In this document: positions 31,432 to 43,705 of the stretch, piece after piece | Layout: each line of letters opens with the position of its first letter | Numbering within the stretch: the stretch's first letter is position 1 | DNA from: Epithemia pelagica | Lineage: Eukaryota; Protista; Bacillariophyta | Length of the DNA stretch: 64,000 nt | Assembly: GCA_946965045.2 (NCBI GenBank) | Contig: OX337228.1 | Location: forward strand, 4,278,001 to 4,342,000 | Direction of reading: 5' to 3' | Program-made: the position numbers and the translations under genes | The notes under the pieces: generated by a model | Seen by the model: the letters and a program-made list of their open reading frames with translations, nothing else | What the model was told of the DNA's origin: nothing | The model's database searches: none

Positions 31432-32038
31432 GTAAGGGCTGGGTACTGGGTAAGCCGATCCATGTTCGGCTAAGTAGGCTCAGTACATTGAGCTACGTAG
31501 TACTATTTTCATCACTGTAACAAGTGGGGCGAATGGTCACAAATCGAAAACTTGCTGCCACGAGAAACAATGCAAATTGGAAGCCATCGCTCGACAATGG
31601 TGGAAGCCGTCACCCCCATGGCCATAACTTCCTCAATAATAGAGCTTGACTCGACCGCTTTGACAAAAAGACTATTTACTACTAGAGTGACTATGCTTTC
31701 AATTCGGTCGAGTCAGCATTGAAAAATGAGTGGGTTAGGAAGGTTTTTGGATTACATCACCAGTATACCTTTTGATCCAACGCGACAAATCTTCTGTAGC
31801 TGCAGAACACAGTAATACTAGCAAACTCAAACAACTTACAGTAGTAGGATGTTGATGCGATGCATCGGTAAATGCATGCGGCATCAACGGATCTTGCCGT
31901 CATCGTGGAGTGTTTTTGCATTTTTTCGGACTTCCCACCATTTCAGGTATGACGTGTACTATGGGATTTTATGTACGCTACGTAGCTTTTGTACTGAACC
32001 TACTTAGCCGAACATGGATCGGCTTACCCAGCCCTTAC
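31432..32038. mobile_element. Non-autonomous TIR element (607 bp, ~62-69-bp TIRs, apparent 5-bp TSD ATCAA)
   Basis: 31432-31500 is the reverse complement of 31978-32038 apart from a 7-bp duplication (ctgggta) and a few mismatches; ATCAA at 31427-31431 and 32039-32043. Confidence 0.85.
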
Positions 32039-32247
32039 ATCAAAAGGGCACTTCCGTGTGCAGTGGAATGTGGCCTGGGCATCTTTTCGGATGGTTGCAT
32101 GACATGTTCATCAAGAGAGAAGAACAATCCTATGCATGGCGATCAAGAAGACAAGACGTCGGAAATCGCAACGTGAACACAAAACGCCGCTATCCCTGAA
32201 AACGAATAGTTGCCAGTTACAGATCCAAAATATTGACCATTGTGACC

Positions 32248-33842
32248 ATGACGGAATCGGAACGTCCAGCAGAAGACGAAAGGTCCTCGGATGAGTCTCC
32301 ACCCTCGTTGGCTCCAGAAGGCCCAACGACCGATAATGAACGAGGCCTTACTGGAATGGAGATGTGGAATCTGACTTTTGCCCTTTTGGCCTGGGCTTGT
32401 ACAGCCACAAACACAACTATCGGTAAGGAGGAGTAATAGTTTGGAGCCATGCACACACACAAAAACCCTACGTCATCTGGAGATTGTTTTCACACCACAT
32501 AAAGCTTGTTCATGTTGACATCAAAACAGTTGTTGGAACTAGCGCTGTGGTTCTGTTGTCTATTGGTGGTGACAGCAACTTGACATCTTTACCCTTGAGA
32601 ACTTTTTTCTTTGGCGCTGCCTTTGTGAGTTTGTTGGTAACACCATGGATCTTTGTAAAGTTCGGTCGAAAGAATGGATTTCTGGTGGGCATTGCCTTGG
32701 GACTCATTGGCACAGTCCTTGGATGTGCATGTATCGCTCTCGAATCAGTAGCACTCTTGGCCATTGCCATGGTCTTTTTTGGCATGGCAATGGGGGTAGG
32801 GTTTTTCCTTCGGTTCGCTGCTTTGGAATAAGTTCCACCCCATTGGCGGGCCAAGGCGGTTACTTTGGTTGTATCCGGGGGAGTATTGGCCGCATTTGCT
32901 GGGCCCGAGTCGGCTGAAGGAATGAGAGATGCCATTGGCGATGACGGTGACTTGAAATATGTGGGAAGCTTTGTCATGACGGGAGTTTTCAACTTGGCCA
33001 ATGCCTTGTTCACATGTCTCATTTTCTTCCCATCTGTACAGCCACCCGTGCCTCCCACCCAAAAAGCAAAATCCGCATCGGATGTCGCGAAAACCGAAGA
33101 ACTACCCACCTTATTCTCCCTATTGAAAACCCGTCATTTTGTTATCCCCATGCTGGTTTCTGCCATTGCCTGGGCCTCCATGGCGCTACCCATGTCGATT
33201 GTTCGGGTGGTAATGAAGGAAGCTGGGTTTAGTTCTCGGCAGTCACTGACGACCATTGAGCTTCACTTTGCTGGCATGTATTCCCCTGGGTTTGTGACGG
33301 GTACCTTAATTACACTTTTTGGACCCAAACGTATTGCTCTTGCGGGGATTGGAGTGTTCGGTATGGCGCTTGCCTTTAATTTCTCCGCCAATGAGAAAGG
33401 GGATAATGGCAGCAATTCAAGGATGGCAATTTGGGTTTTCGGCTTGTTCTTTGTTGGAGTAGCTTGGAATTTTTGTTTCACTGCTGCCACTGTATGGACA
33501 ACAGCATTGTACAAGCAAGTCCCCCCACTCAAGCCTAAAGTGCAGGCGGCGAACGATTTCCTGATGTTTCTATTAAGTGGTGCCTGGATTGTTTCTGCGT
33601 CGTACATTTACGAAGCAGGAGGAAGTGGAATGGAGGGATGGGACGTTCTCAACTGGGTTGTTGTTGGATTGGTAGGCTTGATGGGTATCATCATTGCTAT
33701 GGATTCCATCCTTGCAGGATTCGAGGGAGTAAAAGAGTCAACTTCACGGAGCGTGGATGAAGAAAATGACAACAATGATCATGTCCTCGATTATCGTGAC
33801 ACTGAAGCAAGGGAAATAGATGAGCCTGAGGATGGCGCTTAG
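32248..33842 (+). pseudogene. MFS transporter gene with one in-frame TAA (32829-32831); exons 32248-32422, 32530-33842
   Basis: Intron 32423-32529 joins the exons in frame. The same frame reads FLRFAALE*VPPHWRAKAVTLVVSGGVLAAFAGPE across the stop, followed by an intact 12-TM remainder (IELHFAGMYSPG, GVAWNFCFTAAT). Confidence 0.75.
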
Positions 33843-34092
33843 TGGTTCTACAACGGTCACGAAAGTGCCTTCAGAGAGCCACTATGTATTGTTCGCAGCG
33901 CTACTTCGGAACTTGGGATAGGAACTACTATTACACCCGTAATGTCAATACTCAGTAATGTGTTCATACTAGCTTACACTGTAGCAACCAGTGACATGAA
34001 AGATTTTTCATGGCCGCAAGCGCGGTGGTCGTATGGATTGAAAACCAAGGAATAGGAATCCGTAACATTTGACTCCAACGTCGTCCACGAAT

Positions 34093-34481
34093 TTAATATT
34101 TGGCAGCATAGAGTGCGATCAACCCAGCGATGAACGGAATGGTGATGAAAGCCACGCCTGCGATGGCGATAGGAATCTTTTCTTCATCTGACATTTTGTC
34201 TGTGTTTCTAAAAGGCATCGAGATGAAGTAAGTAAGTCAGCCGAAATGTACTCTGACCAAGCAATGGACTTCACACATTCTCCCGATACTCACGTAGCGA
34301 AGAATTCCTCTGGTTCCGATTCTCGCGTCAAAGCATCTCGTTCCCTGTCCCCAAGAAAATCGTACAGAGGAGGAGCGGCCTGTCGTTCAATTGCCGTTGC
34401 CTTATGCTGAACTACAAAGGCATTACAGCTCAGAGCGAAGGCAAGCAGGGTAAGGCTTGCCAGAAACGTTGCGGACTTCAT
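34093..34481 (-). CDS. Small (100 aa) plastid-targeted single-TM protein, 2 exons (34481-34294, 34207-34093)
   Basis: Signal peptide ending CNA|FVV (ASAF-like); GT-AG intron 34293-34208 gives ...ESEPEEFFAT|NTDKMSDEEKIPIAIAGVAFITIPFIAGLIALYAAKY*. Confidence 0.85.
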
Positions 34482-35485
34482 TGCGGATGGTTTTGTTGTT
34501 TGCATCCAAAATGAAGATGACACAATGAAAAATAAGAACTGACTCACTGACTGTCTGTCATCAACAGATGCCCGCGGGCGAACACGGATGGGCGGCCAGC
34601 TACGCTACCGACTTCCGGGTTAGTTTTTAATGTCGTCCTGAAGAGTCGCCGAAGAGCACACCAACGAGATAGACGAATACAAATTGCCACCATGGACGGC
34701 ATTGTACCTTCTGAATTCCAGATCCCGCTTGTTTTTGTGGTGAGTTTGAAGAATGGACAGAATTTGAGAATTCACAAGCTCGATCGCGTCTCTCATCACC
34801 TTTTCGTTCCCCGTTCTTCTCATTCAAAGGTTGGCCTGGTGGGATTTTTGTTAGTGTTGCTCTTGTCCTCGATCTCCGTTCAAAAAGCAACAACGTCTCA
34901 GATTTCAACACAACAGAGTGCTCCAAGTACTACTCCGAATACTCGGCCAAATCGGAAAACTCGGAAGGAAGAATGAAGGGGATTGGACTCTAAGAATGGG
35001 CGAGTGGGCTTAGATCGATCCAACAACCCACAGATGGCACCCGAAGGCACACATATATGAATTTTTCACTAGTGGAATAATCGATCTTTGTTTTAAGCGT
35101 ATCAGTCAGTCATCTTGTGGCAAGACGGTAAACCCTTGGGGGACCCAGATCTGTTCGACGGGATCTCTGTAGAGGTAGAACACATGGTTATTGATCAACC
35201 AGCAAAAGAAATGACACTTTCTCCATCGATACCCTTCTGCATGCTTTCTACTTTCTTTTTCCACGTTTTGGTTGGCCGTAGGATTGGCTTGAAACTTGAA
35301 AACAGGAACGATTCATCCTGATCCAAACCAGTTACTGCTAGCTACCTAGCTAGAGAGGGATAGAGGATGATGCACACATGTAAGGTTTGCGCTATGTGTG
35401 CGTGGAGTGTAATGGAACCATGTTGTTCGCGAAACTTCGATATCTTTTCTTTTCCCTTTCTTTTTAAAAAGAAAGAAGGGAGACC

Positions 35486-36571
35486 ATGATCCTCGTTGCG
35501 TTCTTGACCTTTGCGGTTTCACACTTGATAGTCCGGCACCAATCGGATAAGCCGTTATCAAGAAGGTGGTTAAATCGATTTTTGTTTGATTCTTGTGAAG
35601 TTTGCTTCATGGACGAGGAGCAACAAACTTCCTTATCTCGAGGGTCGCATCCACCCGTTGTTACACTTGCTGCCGATGACTACAGAACGGTACATGCTGC
35701 GAAGATTCTGGGAGTCCGTAATAATGATAAGATTCGGGCTGGAATAGTTTCTTCAAAGGGTATCGATGGATCGCTCACTGATAGTGCCGTTGTTGAATGG
35801 GTCCCCCAAGGCAAGGTGAAAAAAGCTGAGCCACTTAAAAATGGAAACCCACCTGGTTTGCTGCGAATTCATTTACATGATCTGAGAGATGCAAGATCCA
35901 TTGAATCTACATCAAACGAGGATGCATTGACAGCAGATCCTGACCCAGTCAATGTCAGTCTGATCCTGGCCTTGCCTCGCCCTCTTCAATTGAACAGAAT
36001 CCTTCCTATGGTTTCACAAATGGGTGTAAGCGATTTAATTTTGACTGGTGCATCCAAAGTTCCCCGAGACTACTTTGGATCGCATTTGTTTCGAAAACCA
36101 CATATATTGCGAGAGAGACTAGTGGAAGGCCTTTGTCAAGCTGGTGATGTTCGGCTACCAAATCTAGTCATCCTTAAGCAACTCCATTTTCTTGCAGAGA
36201 GTGACATTAACACGGGAGAGTTTGACTTTGACCGCTCGGTCCTGGACCGTAAGTTTCCGTTAGATGAATATGCAAGGGTAGTGGCTCACCCGCTGCGTGT
36301 CTTGAGCACTCATGATGGTGCTTCTCGTACACAGCCAATCAGAATGGACCAAGTCAAGTTCCCAAAACCTAACAAGCCTAAGATTCTCTTGGCTATCGGT
36401 CCCGAGGGAGGGTGGGGAGAACCTGAAGAGATTGAGTGGTTCTTGTTACAGGGTTTTCAACATGTTACCTTGGGACCGCGAGTACTACGATCAGATTGTG
36501 CCGTTGTTAGTCTTCTTGCACTGGCACATCTCACCATATCTCGTCAACTCGATCAGGCATTAACACGATGA
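35486..36571 (+). CDS. rsmE: RsmE family 16S rRNA m3U1498 methyltransferase (SPOUT)
   Basis: LILALPRP...QMGV, ILLAIGPEGGW and TLGPRVLRSDCAVVSLLA. Confidence 0.9.
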   Translation: MILVAFLTFAVSHLIVRHQSDKPLSRRWLNRFLFDSCEVCFMDEEQQTSLSRGSHPPVVTLAADDYRTVHAAKILGVRNNDKIRAGIVSSKGIDGSLTDSAVVEWVPQGKVKKAEPLKNGNPPGLLRIHLHDLRDARSIESTSNEDALTADPDPVNVSLILALPRPLQLNRILPMVSQMGVSDLILTGASKVPRDYFGSHLFRKPHILRERLVEGLCQAGDVRLPNLVILKQLHFLAESDINTGEFDFDRSVLDRKFPLDEYARVVAHPLRVLSTHDGASRTQPIRMDQVKFPKPNKPKILLAIGPEGGWGEPEEIEWFLLQGFQHVTLGPRVLRSDCAVVSLLALAHLTISRQLDQALTR

Positions 36572-36668
36572 GAGAATTCAACGGGAACTTCACTCTGTTC
36601 CAAGGAGGCTTGTACGATTAACTCGTTGTATTGCGAACGATACTTAACCGAGAAATGGAAAAGGGAAC

Positions 36669-38410
36669 TTATGGGTCCAACTTTATCCCTGCCGCAGACA
36701 ACGCTTCGACAACCCATTTGGGACATGGTTCACCACCGGCTTCTTTGCCAGGGACATGTGACTTAACAAAGGACTTCACAAAAGATGCATAGTTTCCATG
36801 GAGAATCGCCTTTCGCATGCTTCGAACAAGTGACATCATGTAGGCAAGATTATGATGAGTGATCAATTCTACGGCGAGGGGATTGTTAGCTTTCAGAAGA
36901 GAGTGTAACCGAGTGCGAGACACTCCATTGCGGCAAGCTTGGCAAACGCAATCCTTTTGAATAACGTCTGTGCTTAATGCTGCTTCTCGTGATCGGAGAC
37001 GGAGTGTTCCTGGGCACATTCCTGGTATTAGTGCAACTCCAAAGCGTGCTGTTCTTGTGGGATACACACAATCGTACATCTAGCAACAACATGGAATAAG
37101 TGCGAAACAGGAAGTCGACAGCGCTTTGCCCTCAACTCATAAGGAAACTTACGTCAACACCCAGTGCGGTACATACGACGAGATCAAGAGGGTAACCGAC
37201 CCCCATCAAGTAGCGAGGCTTATTATCAGGAAGGGCACGGCAACACTTCAAAGGACCCCTCATGTATAGTCAGAGCGAATCACGTCCCAGTCATATTTCA
37301 GACAGAAAATCTTACCTGATCAACCACACGCCAGAACGCATCCTTCTCTTCCCCACCAGCGAGTCCGCCAATGGCATACCCTGGAATTTGGTAATTGAGC
37401 TCTTCTTCCCTGTAGCGGAATCCGGCCAAGCACTGCTCACGAAGACCACCGAGGCTTGTGTCCAGACCACCTTGAACAATAGGAAACAAACTCTGTATGT
37501 TGGGCTTAGCGTGAGCTTTGTAACAGCGATCGTACCAACGCAATGTTCGATGTGTAGCGACTCGGAACCTTTCATCGTTTACTTCAACGCTTCAAATGAA
37601 CTGCTATCAGCTTTTAATCATCACAATGATAGAAGAAGTCTTGTTCACAACTTACCTCGACACAACATCATCAAGAGCCATTATTATATTTGCACTGATG
37701 TCGTTTTGGTATCGCATAGAATCTTCCGGTCGCAACAAAAGAATGTCTTTCTCCTTTGGGGGGTTCCCTTGCTTTGTGAAGGGGTTCTCGAAAGAAACTC
37801 CGTCCTCGCTCACTTCTGAAAGCTTCGCCAACGATACCATTTGGAAACCTCCAGAGTCCGTCAGCAGATTGTAAGAATTCTCGGACGATGTAGAGGGTAG
37901 ACCCTGAAAAGCATGGAGTCCCCCCATATCTTTGACCAACTCGGTCCCTGGTTGAATGGCAAGATGGTACGTATTAGCAAGAATGATTGGACACGAGAGA
38001 GCAGGATCGTTCACCAGATCACTTATTGCCACTCCCTTCAGGCAACCTTTGGTTCCAACAGGCATGAAGATCGGTGTCGGTATGCTTCGTTCTGATTTGT
38101 TTTCCTGACCAGGCTGTTTTTTAAGGTAGAGTGTGGTTGCTCGGGCTCGGCCACAAACCGCATGAACATGGCAGCATAGAGCGGGTGATTCACTCTCGAG
38201 TATCACCGGTTCGTCTTGATCCTCGACAGGAACCCGTGTTGTTTCTTGCGTTGGTTGATATTTCCCCCATGAAACACGACTGGTGAAATCCACCGAATGC
38301 AGCTCCGGAGGTAGGCTCCGTCCTGTTTCATCGCCATGGGAACGGGATGTTTCATTCTCGTCAAGGGATGACGCGGCAATTGAACGTTTTCTCGGTGTTT
38401 CCATAGACAT
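36669..38410 (-). CDS. QTRT1: Queuine tRNA-ribosyltransferase (TGT catalytic subunit), 4 exons (38410-37656, 37589-37316, 37245-37153, 37079-36669; 510 aa)
   Basis: [74 protein letters not shown]...H zinc site; three GT-AG introns keep the frame. Confidence 0.96.
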
Positions 38411-38522
38411 CGAGAATACAACAACCAAGATGGTTCACTGATTTACAATAAAAAAATGTAGTGTTGTGTGTCTGGGGAAGCAACTTCAACAGAAAAGCGA
38501 CCCAACCAGACCCCCTTAGCCC

Positions 38523-38544
38523 TTTGCCTTTTGCCCGTTGCCCT
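38523..38544 (+). repeat. Left copy of 22-bp direct repeat tttgccttttgcccgttgccct (putative TSD)
   Basis: Identical to 43716-43737; RT coding sequence begins immediately after. Confidence 0.8.
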
Positions 38545-41500
38545 GCTCAACTGGACATCAACTTATCGAATGGCAAGTGGCAATGCTCAATCTAGCTATC
38601 AGCCATCGCTACAGCCTATCACGATGGAAACATATCGTCAACGTGATGATATTGAAGGAACCAAACAATCATCGGATTCATCGTCTAAGAGTTATACACC
38701 TGTATGAACAGGCCTGTATGAACAGGATTATAACCTGATCTTAGCAGTGAAATGGAGACAGATGATACGCAACGGTTCTAACAATCAACTTTTACATCCC
38801 CAACAGTTCGGTGGAGTTCCAGGAAAAGACGCTATCCTTCCAACCATGTTGGAAGAGTTCCAATATGAGATTAGCCGCGCGAGCAAACGGCCGCTAGTCC
38901 ACCTCGACTACGATGCAACGGCGTGCTACGACAGAATCGTGATGTCGTTTGGCAGCCTAGCATCTCGATCCTATGGCCAGCATCGATCAGTGGTATTTAT
39001 CAATGCTGCTACTCTAGAGGATGCAAAATACTACCTCAAGACGCAACTTGGTGTATCAGAGCAGTTTTACAAACACTGCAAAATTTTCCCAATCTACGGT
39101 TCCGGACAGGGAGCAGGAAACTCTCCAGGAATATGGTGTGTAATCAGTTCGGTACTTTTTTATGCGTACGATGAAAAGGCTCATGGAGCGACATTTCGTT
39201 CTCCACAAGGAGAGATTGAGGCTCAAGTTTTTATGATAGGATTTGTGGATGACACCAGCGGGAGTACGAACGACTTCAACTTGCCCAAGCGTCAGTCACC
39301 GGAACATTACATCGTCAAGGCTACCAAGGATGCTCAAAGGTGGAATGATGTTCTACGAGTATCGGGTGGAGCTTTGGAAGATAGCAAATGCTCATATCAC
39401 TTCCTCTACTTTGACTTTACAATTGATGGGCTACCGTACCTTTGCAATGGCCAGATTGGACCTCGTATCAGCATACAGTTTAACAACAACAATTCACCGC
39501 ATCCGCTAAAGCAACTCTCCGCTTATCAAAGCCATAAAACACTTGGCGTAATGAAATCACCGGCTTCAACCGACCGAAGTCTCTTCCTTGCTCTCGCCAA
39601 GAAAAACAGTCAACATACCAGTGTCATGGCACGAAGCCCGTTTAATCGAACAGACGCCTGGGCGTATTATCATTCCGTCTACTTACCAAGCATTACCTAC
39701 CCAATGCCATCATCATCCCTCTCTGACAAGCACTGTAAAGCCCTCCAACGACAATTCAAGAAGGCCCTGTTACCAAAATGCGGTTATAACAGGTGCACTC
39801 CAAATGCAATCGTGTACGGGTCCCCAGATTTCGGAGGAATTGGTTTGCGATCCCTAGCTACCGAACGAGGAATCTCACAAGTCTACATGTTCCTTGCGTG
39901 TCTGCGGTCCCAAGGATTGCCATCTGATCTTGCTCACATTACAGTGTCCTAGGGCCAGTGGCTAGCCGGTACCAGTGTATCTATTCTCGAAGATGTCAAA
40001 ACTCCACTCCCCCACTTAGCTCCCATGATGTGGCTTCCTTCTCTCCGATCCTTTTTAGCAACTGTTGACTGCAGAATTGAACTCGCACAAGATTTCATCA
40101 TTCCTCTACAGCGGGAAAACGACTCGTTTCTAATGGACCACGCTTTACAATTTACCATGCAACCTTTGGATTTGCAACTATTGAACGCATGCAGATTGTA
40201 TCTCGGTGTTACACTGGTTAGCGATATTACCACCTGCAACGGGCAATGCTTATCTTTATCACCTACTCTTGGTCTGCATCTACAACATTCTACTCTACGA
40301 GGACTAACAGCCTACCAAGATTATCCGAGCACCAAAGCATGGAACTTGTGGCGGAAATTTCTTTCAACCTTAACCACCGGCGATACTAACAGACGACTCA
40401 ATAACCCCTTGGGCAAATGGCTGAAAACTGGCTACTCAACGATACGGAAATGGAATTGTTATTTGTGCGAACAGTCATCTCGACTGTTTGTCCTCGATGG
40501 TGCTAACTACCGAATCTACCATGAAAACTTGTACCGCTGGTTCTCACCGACTGACCAATTTACTCTCATTGTCCCGGCAGCTGCTGTCCCAGTTACGACA
40601 ACACCTGCTCCGTTCAACCAGAGGATTCTTCACAAGTATAGTCACCGTCTGGATCCTGTACCACAGGAAGTCCCTAACACGTTTACTGCTCATGTGATGT
40701 CTTTGCCAAAGTGGGAACAAGATCTTCTTTCCGGATTTGTTCTCCGCTGCTCTCCTTCAATTTTGTTCGAACAATTCACAAACGGACTTGTCTTGTGCAG
40801 CGATGGTTCCGCGGCTCTCTTTACCGGGAGCTTCGGTGCTGTATGTGTCTCCCATGAAAACCAACGCCTGTTTGAATTGGCCGGCCCCGCCCCCGGATTC
40901 AGGACTTCATCGTTTCGGGCAGAAAGCTACGGCTATCTGTCCTTGCTACGTTCCATTTATCACCTATGTCTTTTTCACAATCAGAATCTCCCCAACGATC
41001 TACACTTTTACACGGATTCATTGAGCATGATCGAAACCGTCAGACAACGTTTGGACTGGCAAGTTGAATACCCTTACTCAACAATGGGACCCGACTGGGA
41101 CTTGCAGCAGTCGATAGTTTATACATTACGTCAGTTTCCCTCGATTCCTCCGCTCAGTCATGTCAAGGCACATCAAGATCGATATCACCTGTATGAGACA
41201 TTGCCTCTTGAATCTCAATTGAACGTCCAAGCTGACCATTTAGCCGGTGAATACCGTTATCCTACAACAATTTCTTCTCGGTTCAGCCCACTCATTACTG
41301 GCACTGTTGCTGCGTTGCATGGCCCGTCTGGGACCATTACATCCAACTACAGAAGCACTCTTCGCCGTCTTTCGAGCGATCCGGTAATTACAGAGTACCT
41401 GAAATCTAAACATCACTGGTCTTCTTCGGTCTTTGACTCGATTTGCTGGGACACACATGGTTCTGTGATGCGGGCAAACTTTCATCGCCGCCATTTTCTC

Positions 41501-42311
41501 ACCAAATACGTCCACAACTGGCTACCAGTTGGCACTCTCAAACAACACTACGCCAACCATTATACGTGCATGTGCCCAAACTGTCCGAACATACAAGAAA
41601 ATCGCTCCCATTTCCTTTGCTGCCCGTCTAGACAAAACTGGACGGGTCCATTGTTTGATGAGCTCAATGATTTTTGGACTGAGAACTCTTTCGATCCATG
41701 TCTCGTCATCATTCTTCGTGAAGCAATGCGCCTGTGGCTTGCTGACACTCCTATTGCGCTTCCGACTGTTCCTGCACCATATCAAGCACTGATTATCCGC
41801 CAAACGCTTGTTGGATGGGATCAATTGTTCTTCGGTCGCTTTGTCAAAGACTGGATTAGTCTCCAAGACAAATTTGTCTCTGCTCATGAATTGAACCCTG
41901 TCAAGTTCTCTGGACATCGCTCTATTTGTGGCAGTATCAAAATTATATGGCAACACGTGCACAACCTCTGGACGCGCCGTAATCTGGACGTTCACGGTCG
42001 TAACGCTCCCACTCGTGAAGCTGCTTCTCTCGACCAAGCCCGTCGCGAAATTGTCGACTTGTATCTTCTGCGATCGTCTGTTCCTTCGGCAGATCGTACC
42101 TTCTTTTATGATTCCACTGCAACTCATTTTCTCCACGAAACCACCTCCACTCAATTACATACCTGGCTCAATACATGGCGTCCCGTCATTCTTCATTATG
42201 CTGGACTAGCTTGAGTTCTTTTCAAGCTACCCTATTTAGTCTTCGCCTAGTTTTCTAGGCCCGGCGCGTCGGTCGGCGTCACCATGCGTGGTGCGTGCGG
42301 CAGCGTTATAA

Positions 42312-42783
42312 GGCCATTCCTTTAGCTCAACAAAACCAATCCGTGCGGGCCGGCCGGATTTGGTTTTGAAAATGTGCCTAAACGCCGTCCTTACGCATTC
42401 GCAAAACAAATCCAAAAGACCGCACCTGTCCCCCATCCTGACCCCCATCCTCCCCCACTCTTCACTTAGAAAAATTGTATACTAAAACTATTGGGTACTA
42501 AGGAAGCGACCTTTTATGCAAGAATACCGTTAGAGTCGAACGCCCGCCCATCATGTCGAACGCCCGCCCAACATATTCGAAACTGTAGGCTGGCCTCTAC
42601 ACTAGCATAAGTAAAACACTATCCCTAATGAATTTCCCGGATTTGTTCGAACCAATCCGGGGTCCTGGATTGGTTCGAACAAATCCAGAAATGCTGTTTT
42701 ACCCGGATATATGACGTAAGCGTGACGCAAAATGCTGACGTGCATGCAATCTCGATTTGGTTTTGCGAGCTAAAGGATTGGCC
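42312..42783. mobile_element. PIF/Harbinger-like MITE (472 bp, ~30-bp TIR, TAA TSD)
   Basis: Left ggccattcctttagctc...caaaacca matches reverse-complemented right ggccaatcctttagctc...caaaacca; TAA at 42309-42311 and 42784-42786. Confidence 0.88.
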
Positions 42784-42795
42784 TAATAGATTCCC

Positions 42796-43113
42796 TCCGA
42801 TTGCGGGGGTACCTCCCGTCTGCTGTCCATACGGTTATTCCCATATTTTCCTAAAAAATGTAAAACTTATTTCTTTCAAATTTCTTTTGATTTAGCACAT
42901 TATTATAACGTCCAAGCCGACTGTAATAACTGGCTTCGCCCTATTGTGTAGCCGCTTGCGCTCATGAATGGGAAACAGGAACCGGCGTGAGCCGTGAGAC
43001 TTGACGAGACATGCACAGAGAAATCTACAAGCCCATTTTGTACTCTAAAGTCTATACTGTTTCAGAAGCGAGTACTCTTTACGTAGTAGTGGATCAAGCT
43101 TCACGGAATCATA

Positions 43114-43150
<37 letters not shown>

Positions 43151-43705
43151 AAACCCTGAAAATACACACACATGATGCAATGCACCTCTAGGAGTATCAA
43201 CACAAGCTCCTGGCACTTTGTCTATGGCAAAGATAAAAGCATAGTCCACTACTAGTTTAGGCTTCCTGCTTCCTGGGCTTACATACCCCATGATGACGCT
43301 GTCAAACCTTCGCTTCATCATTGCAGTGGTTGATTGTTCATTGCAGTGGTTGATTGTCATGTTTCATGTTGTCATCCTTCCTTTGATGCATTATGCCTTC
43401 ACTTGTGATCTAGGTTGATGCATTCTGCCTTCACTTGTGATCTAGGTGGATGGTTTTGACCATAAAGTTGTCACTGTGGTCGTTCGTCCGGCTGGATGGT
43501 TTTCTTTTGGTTTTTGGTGTGCTCATGGTCGTCTTTTGTGGTGTTGCTCGAAAAGTGAGACGATATACAAGGCGTGACCGGCGCGTCGATTTCGAACGAT
43601 CGAAGAGAGGCTGGCGATATCACCCGGCTGGCGCTTTGGGAAAAAATACGAGACAATTTTTTTCCTTTCGGATGACGGACGAACAAAGGTACCCCCCCAA
43701 TCGCA
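42796..43705. mobile_element. Putative non-autonomous TIR element (910 bp, 19-bp TIR 17/19 identical, CCC flanks)
   Basis: tccgattgcgggggtacct vs reverse complement tgcgattgggggggtacct; CCC at 42793-42795 and 43706-43708; interior non-coding with (CA)n and short tandem duplications. Confidence 0.6.
43115..43149 (+). repeat. (CA)17 microsatellite
   Basis: Directly visible. Confidence 0.97.

Noticed and set aside
31433-32037. Harbinger (TWA) interpretation of the 31.4-kb element
   Set aside because: The flanks would be TAA on the left and TTA on the right, which are not a direct duplication. They are part of the inverted repeat, which extends one base further out to ATCAA flanks.
34620-35330. 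Short ORFs 34620-34926 (-), 34692-34976 (+) and 35115-35321 (+)
   Set aside because: No recognisable motifs and no convincing splice model, and they overlap each other in conflicting frames; left unannotated, although a small gene cannot be excluded.
14721-38410. Purine fusion, NTT-like carrier and TGT as a nucleotide metabolic gene cluster
   Set aside because: They are spread over 24 kb and interleaved with unrelated housekeeping genes (cactin, HemW, RsmE); there is no evidence of co-regulation.
32829-39952. In-frame TAA (MFS) and TAG (RT) as a sign of stop-codon reassignment
   Set aside because: Conserved genes in the window terminate normally at TAG (bystin 13722, copia pol), TAA (34093 gene) and TGA (RsmE), so the two stops are best read as isolated mutations.
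43317-43447. Direct repeats resembling a mini CRISPR array
   Set aside because: Only two adjacent copies of each unit, no unique spacers of regular length, no cas genes and a eukaryotic context; these are simple tandem duplications.
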